From NCBI GenBank assembly GCA_951406725.2, contig OX597815.1, positions 19,220,001-19,284,000 of the forward strand: 64,000 nt of DNA. The letters run 5' to 3'. The DNA is from Octopus vulgaris (Eukaryota). How positions within the stretch are numbered: position 1 is the first letter of the stretch; each line of letters begins with the position of its first letter. Shown here piece by piece: positions 26,678 through 39,757 of this stretch. A program made the translations under genes and the position numbers. Below the pieces are notes generated by a model that saw only the letters and a program-made list of their open reading frames with translations, searched no databases and was not told where the DNA came from.

Positions 26678-26945
26678 AAAATAAAATAAAAATAAATATA
26701 AAATAAAATAAAATAGAAATAAAAATAAAATAAAATAAAATTAAAATAAAATAAAATAAAATAGAAATAAAAATAAAATAAAATAAAATTAAAATAAAAT
26801 AAAATAAAATAGAAATAAAAATAAAATAAAATTAAATTAAAATAAAATAAAATAAAATAGAAATAAAAATAAAATAAAATAAAATTAAAATAAAATAAAA
26901 TAAAATAGAAATAAAAATAAAATAAAATAAAATAAAAATAAAAAA
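26678..26945. repeat. (AAAAT)n with 48-bp higher-order period
   Basis: The single G variant recurs at 26716, 26764, 26812, 26860 and 26908. Confidence 0.95.
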
Positions 26946-27997
26946 AAACATGTAAGGATTAAATTAAACTTATCATTTAGATATGTTTTCCGCTCAGAAC
27001 CTATCAGGATTGAAAAAAACTTGTTTTAAAGAATACTTGAAAGTAATTAGAAAAACTATACTAATTAGATACTTTACTACCAATTTGATATTTGATATAA
27101 AACTCTAGATGTGAGAACTACATTGAGAATTTACATATTCATGAAATATTTGTACAAGGCTAATGTTTCTGCAGCCCGAACGAAGACAATAAGTCAAGAA
27201 CTCATGATCACACTGAACTGTAGTCAACCAAACACCTTTTTTTTCCATAGACTCATCTAACCATTGAATTAATAAAGCAAATGTATTTACTTATGGATGT
27301 TAAACCTCTAACGCATTAGAATGACTCATTGGTTTTTTTACAAATTACATTAATGCGTCCTTAATTCTTTTTACGGTCAGACATTATTCTCATTGTTAAC
27401 TTTAATAAGTTTATCACAATGAAAGGGGCAATGCCTATATGTTTACAGGTCGTTTTAGATAGCTAAGGTTCATGAGGCTAATATTCAGGCTCCTCGTTCA
27501 ATAACCAAATCTCTTTAATGTTGGTTGGTGCCAGAGGTAAACATTGCTTCCATATTATGTTTTAGGTTCAATCCGGTTTTCACTTAATTGGTGCTAATGA
27601 TTTCCCGTTTACTCTCAACTCAAGTTTTCCCGATAATTATTATTAAGCATCAATCGCAAACTCACACCAAACTGTACTTAGAAAGGTCATGGGCGCTATA
27701 CATCTTTCTTACATCAACTAATGAAACAAAAGCAATTCTATATCTAATCATGCTGTCGAAATAAAAACCATTCAAGGGTCTGTTTGCTGGAATTATGACA
27801 GGTTTCTAAATGGTAAGCAACCGTTCGACACTTCATAAATCGCAACTTGCATAGAACATCAATTGTGAGTTTATTTTACATTTAGTAGGACTTTTGATTA
27901 GCACTGCAGAGTTTAGTCACAAAGCCACACAGTTCGGTCGCTGAAAGATAAAGCAGAAAAGAAATTTAACTATTCAAGTCAATTTATATATATATAT

Positions 27998-28180
27998 AAT
28001 CAAAATAAGCAACAAGTATATCCAAGGTAGAGTAGTACAATTGTTTTATGCTACTTCATTTTATTAAACACTGTAAGTATTACATCAGTTTAAAATGTCG
28101 AGCAATCTTCAGCCACTTATAGAATTTTCCACTCAAACGGACAATCCACATTCTTATATCTATTTCATTTGCCAACCTTA
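27998..28180 (-). mobile_element. Short PLE-pLTR-like element, family C, with degenerate HHR (28074-28119)
   Basis: Lies between TA tracts; minus strand UAAGUGG-CUGAAGA-(13 nt)-uAAA-C(UGAU)G-UA-AUACUUA followed by AAUAAA. Confidence 0.5.
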
Positions 28181-28192
28181 TATATAATATAT

Positions 28193-28838
28193 AGGCAGGT
28201 GTATAAACAAGCAGCAGGTGTATTAGTTTGACGCTCGGGAAGGTGAGAAAGTCTTTTACGTTTCGAGCCTACGCTCTTCAACAGAAAGGAACACGAGGAA
28301 ATAAACAGAGAGATCTAAAAAAAAACTTGTGGAGTTGGCGGTCAATGATGGCGACTGCTGGACAAAGGTAGTTAGACAGGAGAGTTAGGAAGAAGGGGAG
28401 ATAATAAAGTACTGCTGATCTCAAAACGAAGGTGCGCGTGTGTGTGTGAGAGAGTGTATATGTGCGTGTTGATAGGGGCTGGTGACTTTTACGTGTGGTG
28501 TGTGCCTGTGTGTGTGCTTCTGTAATGTGTGGGTGTGTAGATGATGGCATGGGTGCTGGGAAGTGGTCAGTGCTAGTGTGTGCAGGGTGATGTGATTTGT
28601 TGTAGTGGTGTGTGGTGTGGTGTGGCGGTGTTGGGTGGGGGAATGTGAGGGTGGGGTGTGAGTTTGGGTGAGAAAATAGGGGTGGGTGGGGTATATAGGA
28701 ATGGGATGTGTGGGTGTGGGTGGATTGAGGGGGTATCAATGAAGGGAGAAGGTGGGTAGGAGTGAAGAGAGGAAGTAGGTGTCAGATGAACAGAGGAGAG
28801 GTGGAAGTCAGATGAAAAGCTGAGGGGTGTTGTGCCCA
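28193..28838 (-). mobile_element. Family D copy 2, longest (C/A-rich upstream region plus pLTR-like end; HHR-like motif 28253-28288)
   Basis: CUUU-CUGUUGA-A-GAGC(GUAG)GCUC-GAAACGUA-AAAG; ~500 bp of extra C/A-rich upstream sequence absent from the other copies. Confidence 0.7.
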
Positions 28839-29313
28839 TGTGGTGCATGTATATATGGATTATTCTGTCTCTCTCTCCCTCTTTATATATGAATGTGTGT
28901 GTGTGTTTGTGTATGTATATGTATATATACATATGTATATACATAAATGCATACATATACAAGCACTCACAATGACAAAGTCTCAGAAACATACGCATAC
29001 AGACATGGCCATACAAACACACACACACATATAGAATGACAGACAGTAAGACAGACAGACAGACAGATAGATACATACATAGATAGATAGAAAGATCACT
29101 ACATAGGCGTAGGAGTGGCTGTGTGGTAAGTAGCTTCCTTACCAACCACATGGTTCTGGGCTCAGTCCCACTGTGTGACACCTTGGGCAAGTGTCTTCTA
29201 CTATAGCCTCGGGCTGACCAAAGCCTTGTGAGTGGATTTGGTAGACGGAAACTGAAAGAAGCCCGTCGTATATATGTATATGTATATATATATATATAAG
29301 AGTAAGTCCTGGG

Positions 29314-29483
29314 GTTGAGTAGGGGTTAACCACAGTAAATAAGGTACTCAATACATAGCAGAGTAAATTAATTTATTTTATAGAAGGAGTTCTACAGGAC
29401 TAGAACTGTTTCATTCAAATGAAATCATCAGGAAGCTTCCTGATGATTTCATTTGAATGAAACAGTTCTAGTCCTTCTATAAA

Positions 29484-29490
<7 letters not shown>
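29314..29490 (-). mobile_element. PLE-like inverted terminal fragment (family B) with 78-bp perfect palindrome 29397-29474
   Basis: ggactagaactgtttcattcaaatgaaatcatcaggaag|cttcctgatgatttcatttgaatgaaacagttctagtcc; outer arms atttattttatagaagga / tccttctataaaataaat. Confidence 0.7.
29390..29434 (-). ncRNA. Minimal type-I hammerhead motif (GUA triplet)
   Basis: UUC-CUGAUGA-U-UUC(AUUU)GAA-U-GAAA-CAG(UUCUAGUC)CUG-UA-GAA: intact core, 4-bp helix III, 3-bp helices I and II. Confidence 0.65.
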
Positions 29491-29520
<30 letters not shown>

Positions 29521-30769
29521 AATATATATGTGTGTGTGTATATTTGCGTGTCTATGTTTGTCCCCCCAACATCGCTTGACAACCGATGCTGGTGTGTTTA
29601 CGTCCCCGTAACTTAGCGGTTCGGCAAAAGAGACCGATAGAATAAGTACTTGGCTTATAAAGAGTAAGTCCTGGGTTCGATTTGCTCGACTGAAAGCGGT
29701 GCTCCAGCATGGCCACAGTCAAATGACTGAAACAAGTAAAAGTGTAAAAAAAGTACTTTTCCACAAACACCACAACAATTATTTATCTGTTTTTTTTCTT
29801 TCAATACATTGTACCGCGAGACATGTAACATATTCCAATTTGCTATTAATACTCTTTCGCTCTTTGTTTAGTCATTGATCATTTAAGAGTATGAAATCGG
29901 TGCGATGTAATGTCCATAATATCATTCGTTGCTTTAGTAAGTCAAGTGAATTTACTAGAATCACCAAACTCCGTACCGTATAAAGAGTGTTGACTTGCCG
30001 AAAGCTTACCGCTATTCGGTTGCCACTACATATTATCCTATATATTCTTATAGCCCAACCATCTTCTACATCAATGTCATAATTGATATCTAGATATAAT
30101 TTTGTTCAGATATTTATGGTATCTGTTCCCAAATAAATCCTACATGGACATGATTGATTTCATTTATACCAGAACCAAAAGATATCGTGTATATTTTTCC
30201 CAATAACTATATACTCTGCTAAACACTGCAATAACGTTGCGCAAAATAACGTTGACCTAATTTCAAGGGGTACATATCTTAGTATATTTCCAATATATTA
30301 CCACAATTATGATTTTGTCAGCAGATTGCATTCGTGGTTGTTGTCAGTGTTTTGAAATGTTTCCAATTTCTATTTATAAACGGTAAGTTCTTGTAAGTAA
30401 AGTAGTTTTCGAAAACGTCATAAGACAAATAGTTCTCCACTTTATGAACCTTACACGAATATTCCCATTACAAAGCTAATATATTTATTCAAATCTGGAA
30501 ATTAATTACACACCAGAACCAATAAAAGTTAGGGAATGCATAGAATGTAGTATCTTTATAGAAGTATATTAATGGTAGTAGGAGTGATGATGTTGAAGAT
30601 GATGATGACGGTTTTGTTGAGAATGGTTGTGATGTTGGTGGAGTTGCAAATTTGATTGTCAAAATGGTGTTTAGGTAATCTTTTGGATGATAAAGGTGGT
30701 AGCGGGGGTGGTTAGAATTGTTGCTGTTTCGTTTAAGTCAGTAGAGTTGAGATTTCAAGTGTATATATA

Positions 30770-31880
30770 GCGTGCCAGTGAATCGGAGGCTGTGTAGATG
30801 AACGATTCATAAGTTGACTAAGTATGACAGTAGAACTCATCTGACTGTATTCTTATGGGGGCCACATTTGTGTTGTTTAGAAGATCAGCAACTGATCGAG
30901 ACTAAATTATTTTCCGGGTTGGGAAACAAAGTCGTGACGTGTAATTTTGACAAAGATCTGAGGTTGCTGTAAAAAATCACCAATGACTGCGAGCTCTTAG
31001 TTGTCGTGTACTGACTTGGATGGTTTGAAATTTGTTCTTCAGATATGGAGAGGTTATAGTACAAGACTTGAAATGCACAAAATTATTGATCTGTTCAAGA
31101 CCTGCAATGGGCTTCTAACTATAAAAACAAGATTAAATATTGACCCACAAACGCTTGTTGTTTTTGTTCGTGTAACGATGCAGGCCGAATGTGAAGTTTA
31201 GTTGCAAGGATGACACTTGGGCGCGGTGATTAAGAAAGAGTAAAGTGTGTATTCTAAGCATAGAATGCTCATGGTTAAGAACAGAAGCGAGAAAGTCCCA
31301 GTATTCAGAAGGATTGGTATTCGAATGTGAGTTGCGACAAACGCTTCTCTCCGCACCGCAAAAAAGATATCTGACATCAAGTCTGAAATCCAAGCGAAAA
31401 TAGTAGAATGGATTCCATATGGTGAGTAGCGTGGCTACAAGGTTCTCTTAAGTTAGAGTCGAAAGATCTTCTTTTTTCTGAGTTGAGGGGAGCGATAATG
31501 TAGACCTCTTCAAAAGCAAGAGGCCACGGTGATATGCCATATAAAGTAAGTATCTGATAGATCTTATTACAAAACCTGCATTTATGAATGAATTTAGAAA
31601 AGAGAGTGGGGTGGAAAAGAGAGTGGGGTAGAAACAGTGTGAGATTTTAAATAGGTTGATTTCTATCACGTTTGAAATTATGGAAGCTTGAATACGAGGG
31701 CGAGCCAAGACAGAGAGACTGTCATTCTTGGAGATAGGATACACCGTTGCATACTCTCAGAAATTGACGTAGCATTTTGTTCAGAAAGCGCGGAGACAGA
31801 ATGAGAGAATAAATGGGATTGGCGAGGATGAAACCTAATTCTGAACTTCACCGGTCCGATATTGTTGGATCATTGACGCA
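30770..31880 (-). mobile_element. Decayed LINE RT fragment (Jockey/CR1 superclade)
   Basis: YPISKND.., AGF..RS.RYLLY (~YGFR..RSTGDLL.Y), YGIHSTIFAWISDLMSD..FAVR (~YGI...L..WI..FLS.R...VR), QLLIF*TTQ..P.*EY (~QLL.LYKAQ.RP..EY). Confidence 0.75.
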
Positions 31881-32816
31881 CTATTAAAGTGCATGCGTTT
31901 TCTTTCTTTTTTTTTTTCCTGAGAATAACGTTTAATTTCAGTTAATGTTTACAGATTAATTACAAAATCCCAATAATATGGAAATAGAAATCTCTCGGTG
32001 AGCCAAATTGACGATTTATTCTCAATTCTCGTTTGTCTGTTTTCAATTTTAATTTCACTTACATCGCTGCAGCTTTAATAAAGCCATAAAAATCACATCA
32101 TATCACTTTCCAGTCTCGTATAAAATCAGATACAACATCAGATAATTGTGTGCATAAAGTAACGTATAACCAACTGAGACGGGGACAGGGATTTGTTTTA
32201 CTTTGTTTCTGGTTTTACAAGCCGAACGTAGACAAAATGCTCAACTCCCAACGGTTTAATCAATGTGGCAGTAAATATGTCCAATAACAAAATGCAAAGG
32301 TAAAATGTTATTCCATCCTAGTTTAAAGCAACAATACGTCTGTGTTAATATGTGAGGATCGCCAGCACTTGAATTTTAAAAAGTAGTATGTGCATTGAGG
32401 GCCCGGTGAAATAGATAATACTATTTTTATTTTTGGTGTTGCTTTTGTTTACCCTCAAGCTAGGCCTATTTTCAAAAGCACAGTAACTATGACGATTCTG
32501 TGATACAGTGAATGCAAGGCTATGACATCTGGTATGTCATTTCATCATTTCGACGAGGGACAGTTATTCTGAGAAGCAATGGTGTAGTTTTTCTAGCAAG
32601 CTGACCACATGGCAATACAATCTTCTGTTGACCTTTTTTTGTCTGCTTCTTCTACGAAAACCAGAGGTAACCAGCGGTCAACTGAACTCAGGAATTTAGT
32701 TAAAAGGTCTCAAAACACATGCACGAACTCGCGTACACACAAGCAGACTACACTCAACAAATACAGACACATACACACACACGGACGCATACACATACAT
32801 ACATAGGGAAGCATAC

Positions 32817-32924
<108 letters not shown>

Positions 32925-33019
32925 CACACACAAACGGACAAACATTAAAGCATTCACACACACACTCATACACAGAAAAAATAAAATTTGTCAGGAATTA
33001 GAGGATGAATTCAAGCTGA

Positions 33020-33189
33020 GTGCAAATCTGCTCCGTCGCAGGGTTACCCATTTACAGTTAGGTAAACCGGAGCAAGGTGAAATGAATATTTTGCTCAAGA
33101 ACACAACGCACTACTCAGTCCGGCAATCGAACTAACGACATTATGATCGTGTGTGCAACACCCTAACCATTAGACCACGCGCCTTCACA
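33020..33189 (-). mobile_element. tRNA-derived SINE (family S4)
   Basis: Minus strand gtgaaggcgcgtggtctaatggttaggg...agttcgattgccgg...gtgttcttgagcaaaatattcatttcaccttgctcc...tgtaaatgggtaaccctgcga. Confidence 0.8.
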
Positions 33190-33716
33190 TAGCAATATAT
33201 AGGGTATGCAACAACTCTTTCCCCAATACTCCACCCCAAAAAAGGGGTGGGGGGCCTTGTGACTAGGCGAGAAAATCAATAATTCAATACGTTATGCTGC
33301 TCTTTATTGCGCATACTTATGTTTGTCCCACTTGCTAACAGTGTAAACAATTTAAAGACAGAAATATTTCACATCGTAGGCCGTGGTTTATTTTAGGTTT
33401 ATTTTCTGCATCTTATGTTTGTTTGTTTTTTTTGTAATCATTTCATATGCTTTGTCTATATTACAAAGACTACTGTCTTCATCTATAAGGAGTGTGTTGT
33501 ATACTGAATGAACGGAAAACCATGATAGATTAGAAACAATTAAATAATATAGAAAGTATCAAATAAGTGCTAACATATGCTGCGGGCATATGTTGACTCT
33601 TTCGTTTTTGTATTTATATATTTACAAACAGTGATGTCTATATTATCTTCATTACCATATATGCACACGCACACAAACATACACACATACACACTCTCTC
33701 TCACACACACACGCAA

Positions 33717-33826
<110 letters not shown>

Positions 33827-34092
33827 GCGTACATATATCTATATATACACACACATACATATATATACATATATATATATATACACGCACATGAACATAT
33901 ATGTACATATATATATATATATAATATGCATATCTATCTATCTATATATATACATATATATAGAGAGAGAGGGAGAGATACATACATACATGTGCATATA
34001 TGTACACATACACACACATATATATATATGTGTGTGTATGTACATATGTGTACACTTATAGGGGAGAGAGAGGTACATACATACATGTACAT

Positions 34093-34135
<43 letters not shown>

Positions 34136-35258
34136 AATTCTTACACACATATATGTAGAAATATGTGTGTGCGCGCGTGTATGCGTGTGTCTGTGTGTCT
34201 GTGTGTGTGTGCATTTCAACTTGTTTTTAAACCTGTATATAACTCACATTGCTCATACTACTCGTATTCTATGCATTGCTACATCTAACACAAATACAAT
34301 TAATAGCATCTACAAATGTGACCCGCTGTCATGATATACTATCTCCTGCTACTTTGATTTCTACTACTACAGGCATTATGCCTAGCCACCCATCAATTCA
34401 ATATCCCCATAAAACCCACGCGATGCATACGACGGTTTCTCATCCATCCTCATACTCTATCTCCTCTCCTACTGAATATTGCCCAGTATTCCTTCCTCTT
34501 CAGAACTGCAACGTTCAATATATTCAAAGATACCCCTTTCCACCACGTCACATTTGTTTTATTTAACCTTAACATGTAATAATTAAATCAAAATTTTTTT
34601 TTTTTTTTAATCTAGCCCTGTTATTTCTTTCACTACTAAAGGCTTAAAATGTCGTAGCCACGTTTATAATTCCACGGAGTACCAAAAGATAAATATGAAT
34701 ACGCACATAAATATTATTGTGTGGGTATTTTAATGTATCCACCTACACATTATGATATTCTTTCTCATTTTTAAAAATTTAGTTTGGAAACGAGATATTA
34801 AGCCTTAAATTTCGATAAATATTCAATAGCAGGAATAAAAGATGGTATGATATACGTGAGTCACATTGTAAGTGGCACCTATTCATTCGATTTAAGATCG
34901 GTTGCAGTATTGTAGTCTGACTATCATTCCGTTATGAATGAATTATAACTGAATTACAAATAAATTTCTTATTTCGTTGTAAATCCAATAACCATCTCAT
35001 CGTTAATTAGTTTAAACTGAACCCCTTAACTTAGTATTAGTAAATTGTTTCATTAAGAAGCTAGCGATTGCTATCAAAGCTGCAGACTGCGGATAATAAT
35101 TTCAGACAGTGCTGATAACATATAAACTAGCCAACCCCCTTTCACGTGTTAAACCCTAATTTCCCTCTTGGATCGAGATCGGCAACAACCTGTAGTGAAT
35201 AATCCTTACATACACTGGTTTACTTTTCTATCCTCATCTCATCTTTTATATCTTCTCC

Positions 35259-35301
<43 letters not shown>

Positions 35302-35716
35302 CCTCTTTCTATCTTCTCTGTCTTTCTACTTCACCCACTGAATCTGTATTTTCGTTTCACATAATTGACGCCTGAATTTGTATTGATCCGTTTTCCTCTT
35401 CCCTCTATTATTTCCTTACATATTTTCCAAGTCTGCTTCTATCCGTATTTGTCATTTTCTCTCCCCCCCCCACTTCTTTCCCTTTGCTTCCTTCCTTCCA
35501 TGTCTTCCTCTGTTCTCTCCTACCCCTTATTTCCGTATTGATGTTTATTTTAGAAAAATCTAAATCTATCTTTTTACTATGCACCTTATTATAAATATTT
35601 TTTGAATGCGTCCGAAATAATCCCTACTATTAGCATCTTTAAACGTGTATACATATATACACACATACATACATACATACACACACACATATATATATAT
35701 ATACATACATACGTAC

Positions 35717-35830
<114 letters not shown>

Positions 35831-38800
35831 ATGTATATATATATATATATATACGTGCACGAGCCTACGTATATATGTTACCGTATTTTATTCCCTTCTC
35901 CTCGTGGGAAGCTTTCACGGTTGATCGACTGACTCCCTAGGCTTGTAAATACAGCTAGCGTCGTTCGTATAAAGGCCCTGTTTACCTGATTGAAACCTCC
36001 TCTCTTCACTGCGTGCAATTGATGTTTTACTGTTGCCGTTCTTATCACGATTTATGCTACTAGTACAGTAGATGCTGCTGGCGGTAGGAGACCAGAAATA
36101 CTATTACTCTGAACTCTACTACAGCTAAACTACTACAGCTGCAACTACACTTGCTGCTGCTTCTCCCATTGCGACTGCTACTGCTGCTGCTGCTGCTGCT
36201 GCTATTTATCTTTGCTGTTGCCGCTGCCGCTGCTGCTGCCGCTCCATCATCACCACCGAAATCTCCGGTGTCTGTCTGTCTGCCTACCTGTCTGCCTGTC
36301 TGTCTGCCTACCTGCTTGCCTGAGTACGTGTGGAAACGAATGGTAAAATAAGACAAAAAAAAAAAAGGAGAGGAAGAGAGAAACGAGAATGGTACAATAC
36401 AAGGAGCTAGAAGAAGGAAATGAAAAGGCACTTTCTAATCATACGAAAAAAAGCAATCTATTTATAAATATATACTTTTAAATGGACTTTAAAAGCACTA
36501 ACGATAACAACAGGAGTAAGAAAAATGTCGCTTCTTATTAAGAACTCTCCTTTGTCACATTGCAGGACTATATGCCAACCTATATATCGTATGACGACAA
36601 AAACGCAACCGTCCGTGTAAACACAAGTATGTCTCTATGCAAGTGAAGCCGCCGTTGTTTTACTTTTCGCCACCTAGCAATCTCCAAAAAATACCACCGC
36701 TTGCACCATCTAGGCTACAACACTTACCTTAAGAATTTCCACTGCCACAAATGTCGTCATTATGTCACAAATACTGTTCAACACCCCCAGTACCAAATAT
36801 TCTGGTCGACACATTAAGAAGGAGACAAATTATTACATGCTACTATCTTAAGCTGGACTAACTACCAATTAATCTGGAGGAAAGTAAACACTTTGTTCTA
36901 ACTTCCGTGATAACTACAATAACAAATAGGAAAAAAAACAAAAAAAAAAATTGGATGTTAATGAAGACGTCTGTGAAATCCACAACAAAAACTGATACTG
37001 CCACTTCTGTTATTAACACCTTTTCATTATCAGGAATATTAAATGCCTCTCTAGAACCAAATGCAATAAGAACAGTAACATGTATGAACAATATAAAAGA
37101 AAAATTATAAATTCACTAACACAAGCAGTCCATAAAATAATATTTATTCCAGCAGCACTGCCTGTTCGCCAGCGTGAAGTAACATAGCATATATACACTA
37201 ACGATAGCAGCAACATCGAATATAGGTATTTTTCAACTACGGCTGCACCAGTAAAAACTATGATAAATACGCTAACATGATTTTCACTAGCACAAATGAC
37301 AAAATCGTTTCCCCTCAATAATTCTCTCGCATCACTTTGTTTGACGGCACCGAAATAATGGTCCTCCTCTAACAAGCCTTTTCACTCAGTTCCTGCAACA
37401 AGTTACCGCTCCTAGCAAGCGAAATCTCACATCAGTGTACCGAGACGACCCATTCTTGTCATAACTGATCCGGTTTAATAAACTCTTTTATTTATTTATT
37501 TTTTAACGCATCAACAAGCATCAATTGCATCGCAGTTTTTTTTTTCGTTCTTTCTCCTTTTATTTTTTCTGTTTTCTTTTTTTTTTTCTCTCTCTCTTTT
37601 TTTTTTCTTATGACAATAGCGTCGCTTTAAATCAAAGCAAATTCAATTATCTTGTTCTCCAGTCTCTGTAAAACAGAGCGGAAGGAATACTCAATGGAAA
37701 GCAATACAAACCAATATCTACACAAATTGATAAAATAGCGAGTGAAGAATTTTTCTCAAGAGGTGTATCTTCATTAGAAACATTGTACCACTAATATCGA
37801 AACCCCTAAATATCAGCAACGACTCCAGTAGCAGCAGCAGCAGCAGCTCAGCACAACGACCATAAAGCAATCTCCCCTTTACCAAGATATAACATCTCCA
37901 TTAATTAATAACATTATTAGGATTATTACCTCTCTATTCTATTGCGTGAATTCTGGCTCGTGATCTACGCTTGTGACGATACCCGAATAACAACCCTTAA
38001 AACACCTTGCCATTCCACCAGGAAAATCAACCAGGCAGCCATCGATTTTGGGGTAGACTTAGCTCCAAGTGTTCTCTCTCTCTCTCTCTCTCTTCTTTCT
38101 CTCTCTCTCTCTCTCTTCCTTCTCTTCTCTCTCTCTCACTCTTTCTTTCTCTTTCTTATCATCATAACCGAGAACTTCACCACCACTGAACTACTACAAC
38201 TACTACCACTACTACCACCGAACTAATTCTACTACTACTACTACTACTATTGTGTTTTGTTGTTTTTATCACCGAAATTGGATCTAAATTAAAAATTTAA
38301 TATTTAACCAGTGCAACTCCACCAAGAACAACAATTACAGGGGAAGCCATCGGTTCTACAACGACAACTCGTGTTTTCTAGCAGCATTTCTCTCCCTGTT
38401 GTTTTTATTTATTCATTTATTATCAATTACCATTGTTATTATTATTACCTTTGAGCTGCTATCTCGTCACTTCGGATACAAAATAATTTTCATTACTTGC
38501 CTTAAATATAAAGGAGAAAAAAAAAACCTCAAAAACCCACCAAAGGTGCCCCTCAATTTACATTGGTCCTATATTATTTTATCTATTTATCTTTCGCTTT
38601 CATTCAACCAATGAATTACTAAGTTCAGAATTCTTTTCGAAATAATGTGGAATACAAATGGAGAATATTCAAAACATGTTTATACAAATAAATGTCCTAT
38701 ACGCAAGAAAAAAAAGATCTTGTATATATAATAAATAAGGAAATATATATATATACTTGTCCGTATCAGGAATTACCACGAGGATTTTATTGAAATTTTA

Positions 38801-39604
38801 TAGGATTTAAAAGGAGCTGCACAGGAGGAATACTACCCCAAGGAATTTCTTGGTAACTTTATCGGAGATTGTCTAAAATTAACCGAAGGCAGATTTTCGA
38901 ATATTTTGGAGTTTAAAAAAAAATATACTTTAATGTAGATTTTTTATAATCAGTCGCAAAAAGCATATATATATATATATATATATAAATATATATATAA
39001 CGAAATTTTTCAATTACTTTAATAGTAATACATGTTTTCTTATCGTTTTTTAACTTATCACATAAATACGATCATATATATATAAATACATAAAAAAAAG
39101 TGCAACCAAATCATCAAAATTGACAGAATAGTATTCCACTTACTACATTCTGTTTTATTCTCTTCATATTCACATACTCATACCTTGATAATTTCTTAAA
39201 CACGTTATGCCTACACATTCAATAACAATAGAAATCTTCAATTTTCACCACTTTCTCATCCGCACATTTTCCTCCCAAATACATCTCACACGTTTTTCTA
39301 TGTAAAGAAACTGCTCTTACACACGCACACAAAGTAACACTGATATGTTTAGCTGCCATGAAGTGTTCTCCCTGAGTTGTATTACTGATCACCAGTTGAT
39401 CTATTAGTGGGAATGATTTTTTGTTGGGAGAAGTAAATGAGCAGCTGCAACACTATGGTGAATGCACACGTATCTCAATGTGTGTGCCTAACTCTATGCA
39501 TATCTACTAATTAAGCGGTACACATTTTTATGCAGTCACGTAAAATTCTTAGCATGTGGATTCATGTCTCTATGCATATTGGCCTCAAGTAATATATGTA
39601 TATA

Positions 39605-39724
39605 TCAAGAATACAATGCATAACGAAAAGGGGGTAACTGCAGAATTTGTCAGAACAGGAAAATAAAGTGAGTTGTGAGAATATATGTACGTGCGCTGCT
39701 GAGTGATATTCGGCAGAACCATAA

Positions 39725-39757
<33 letters not shown>

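Larger units (their letters stand above)
29105..29745 (+). mobile_element. SINE family S1, interrupted in its internal TA tract by a nested insertion
   Basis: Head 29105-29270 and tail 29555-29745 match the reverse complement of 9449-9872; foreign sequence at 29298-29490. Confidence 0.9.

Noticed and set aside
28074-28090. taagtattacatcag resembles miR-12
   Set aside because: Seed mismatch, no precursor hairpin, and it lies within the family C element.
37013-37375. 120-aa hydrophobic ORF (and 128-aa ORF 47113-47499)
   Set aside because: No recognisable domain, non-ATG starts, composition explained by base bias; cannot be supported as exons.
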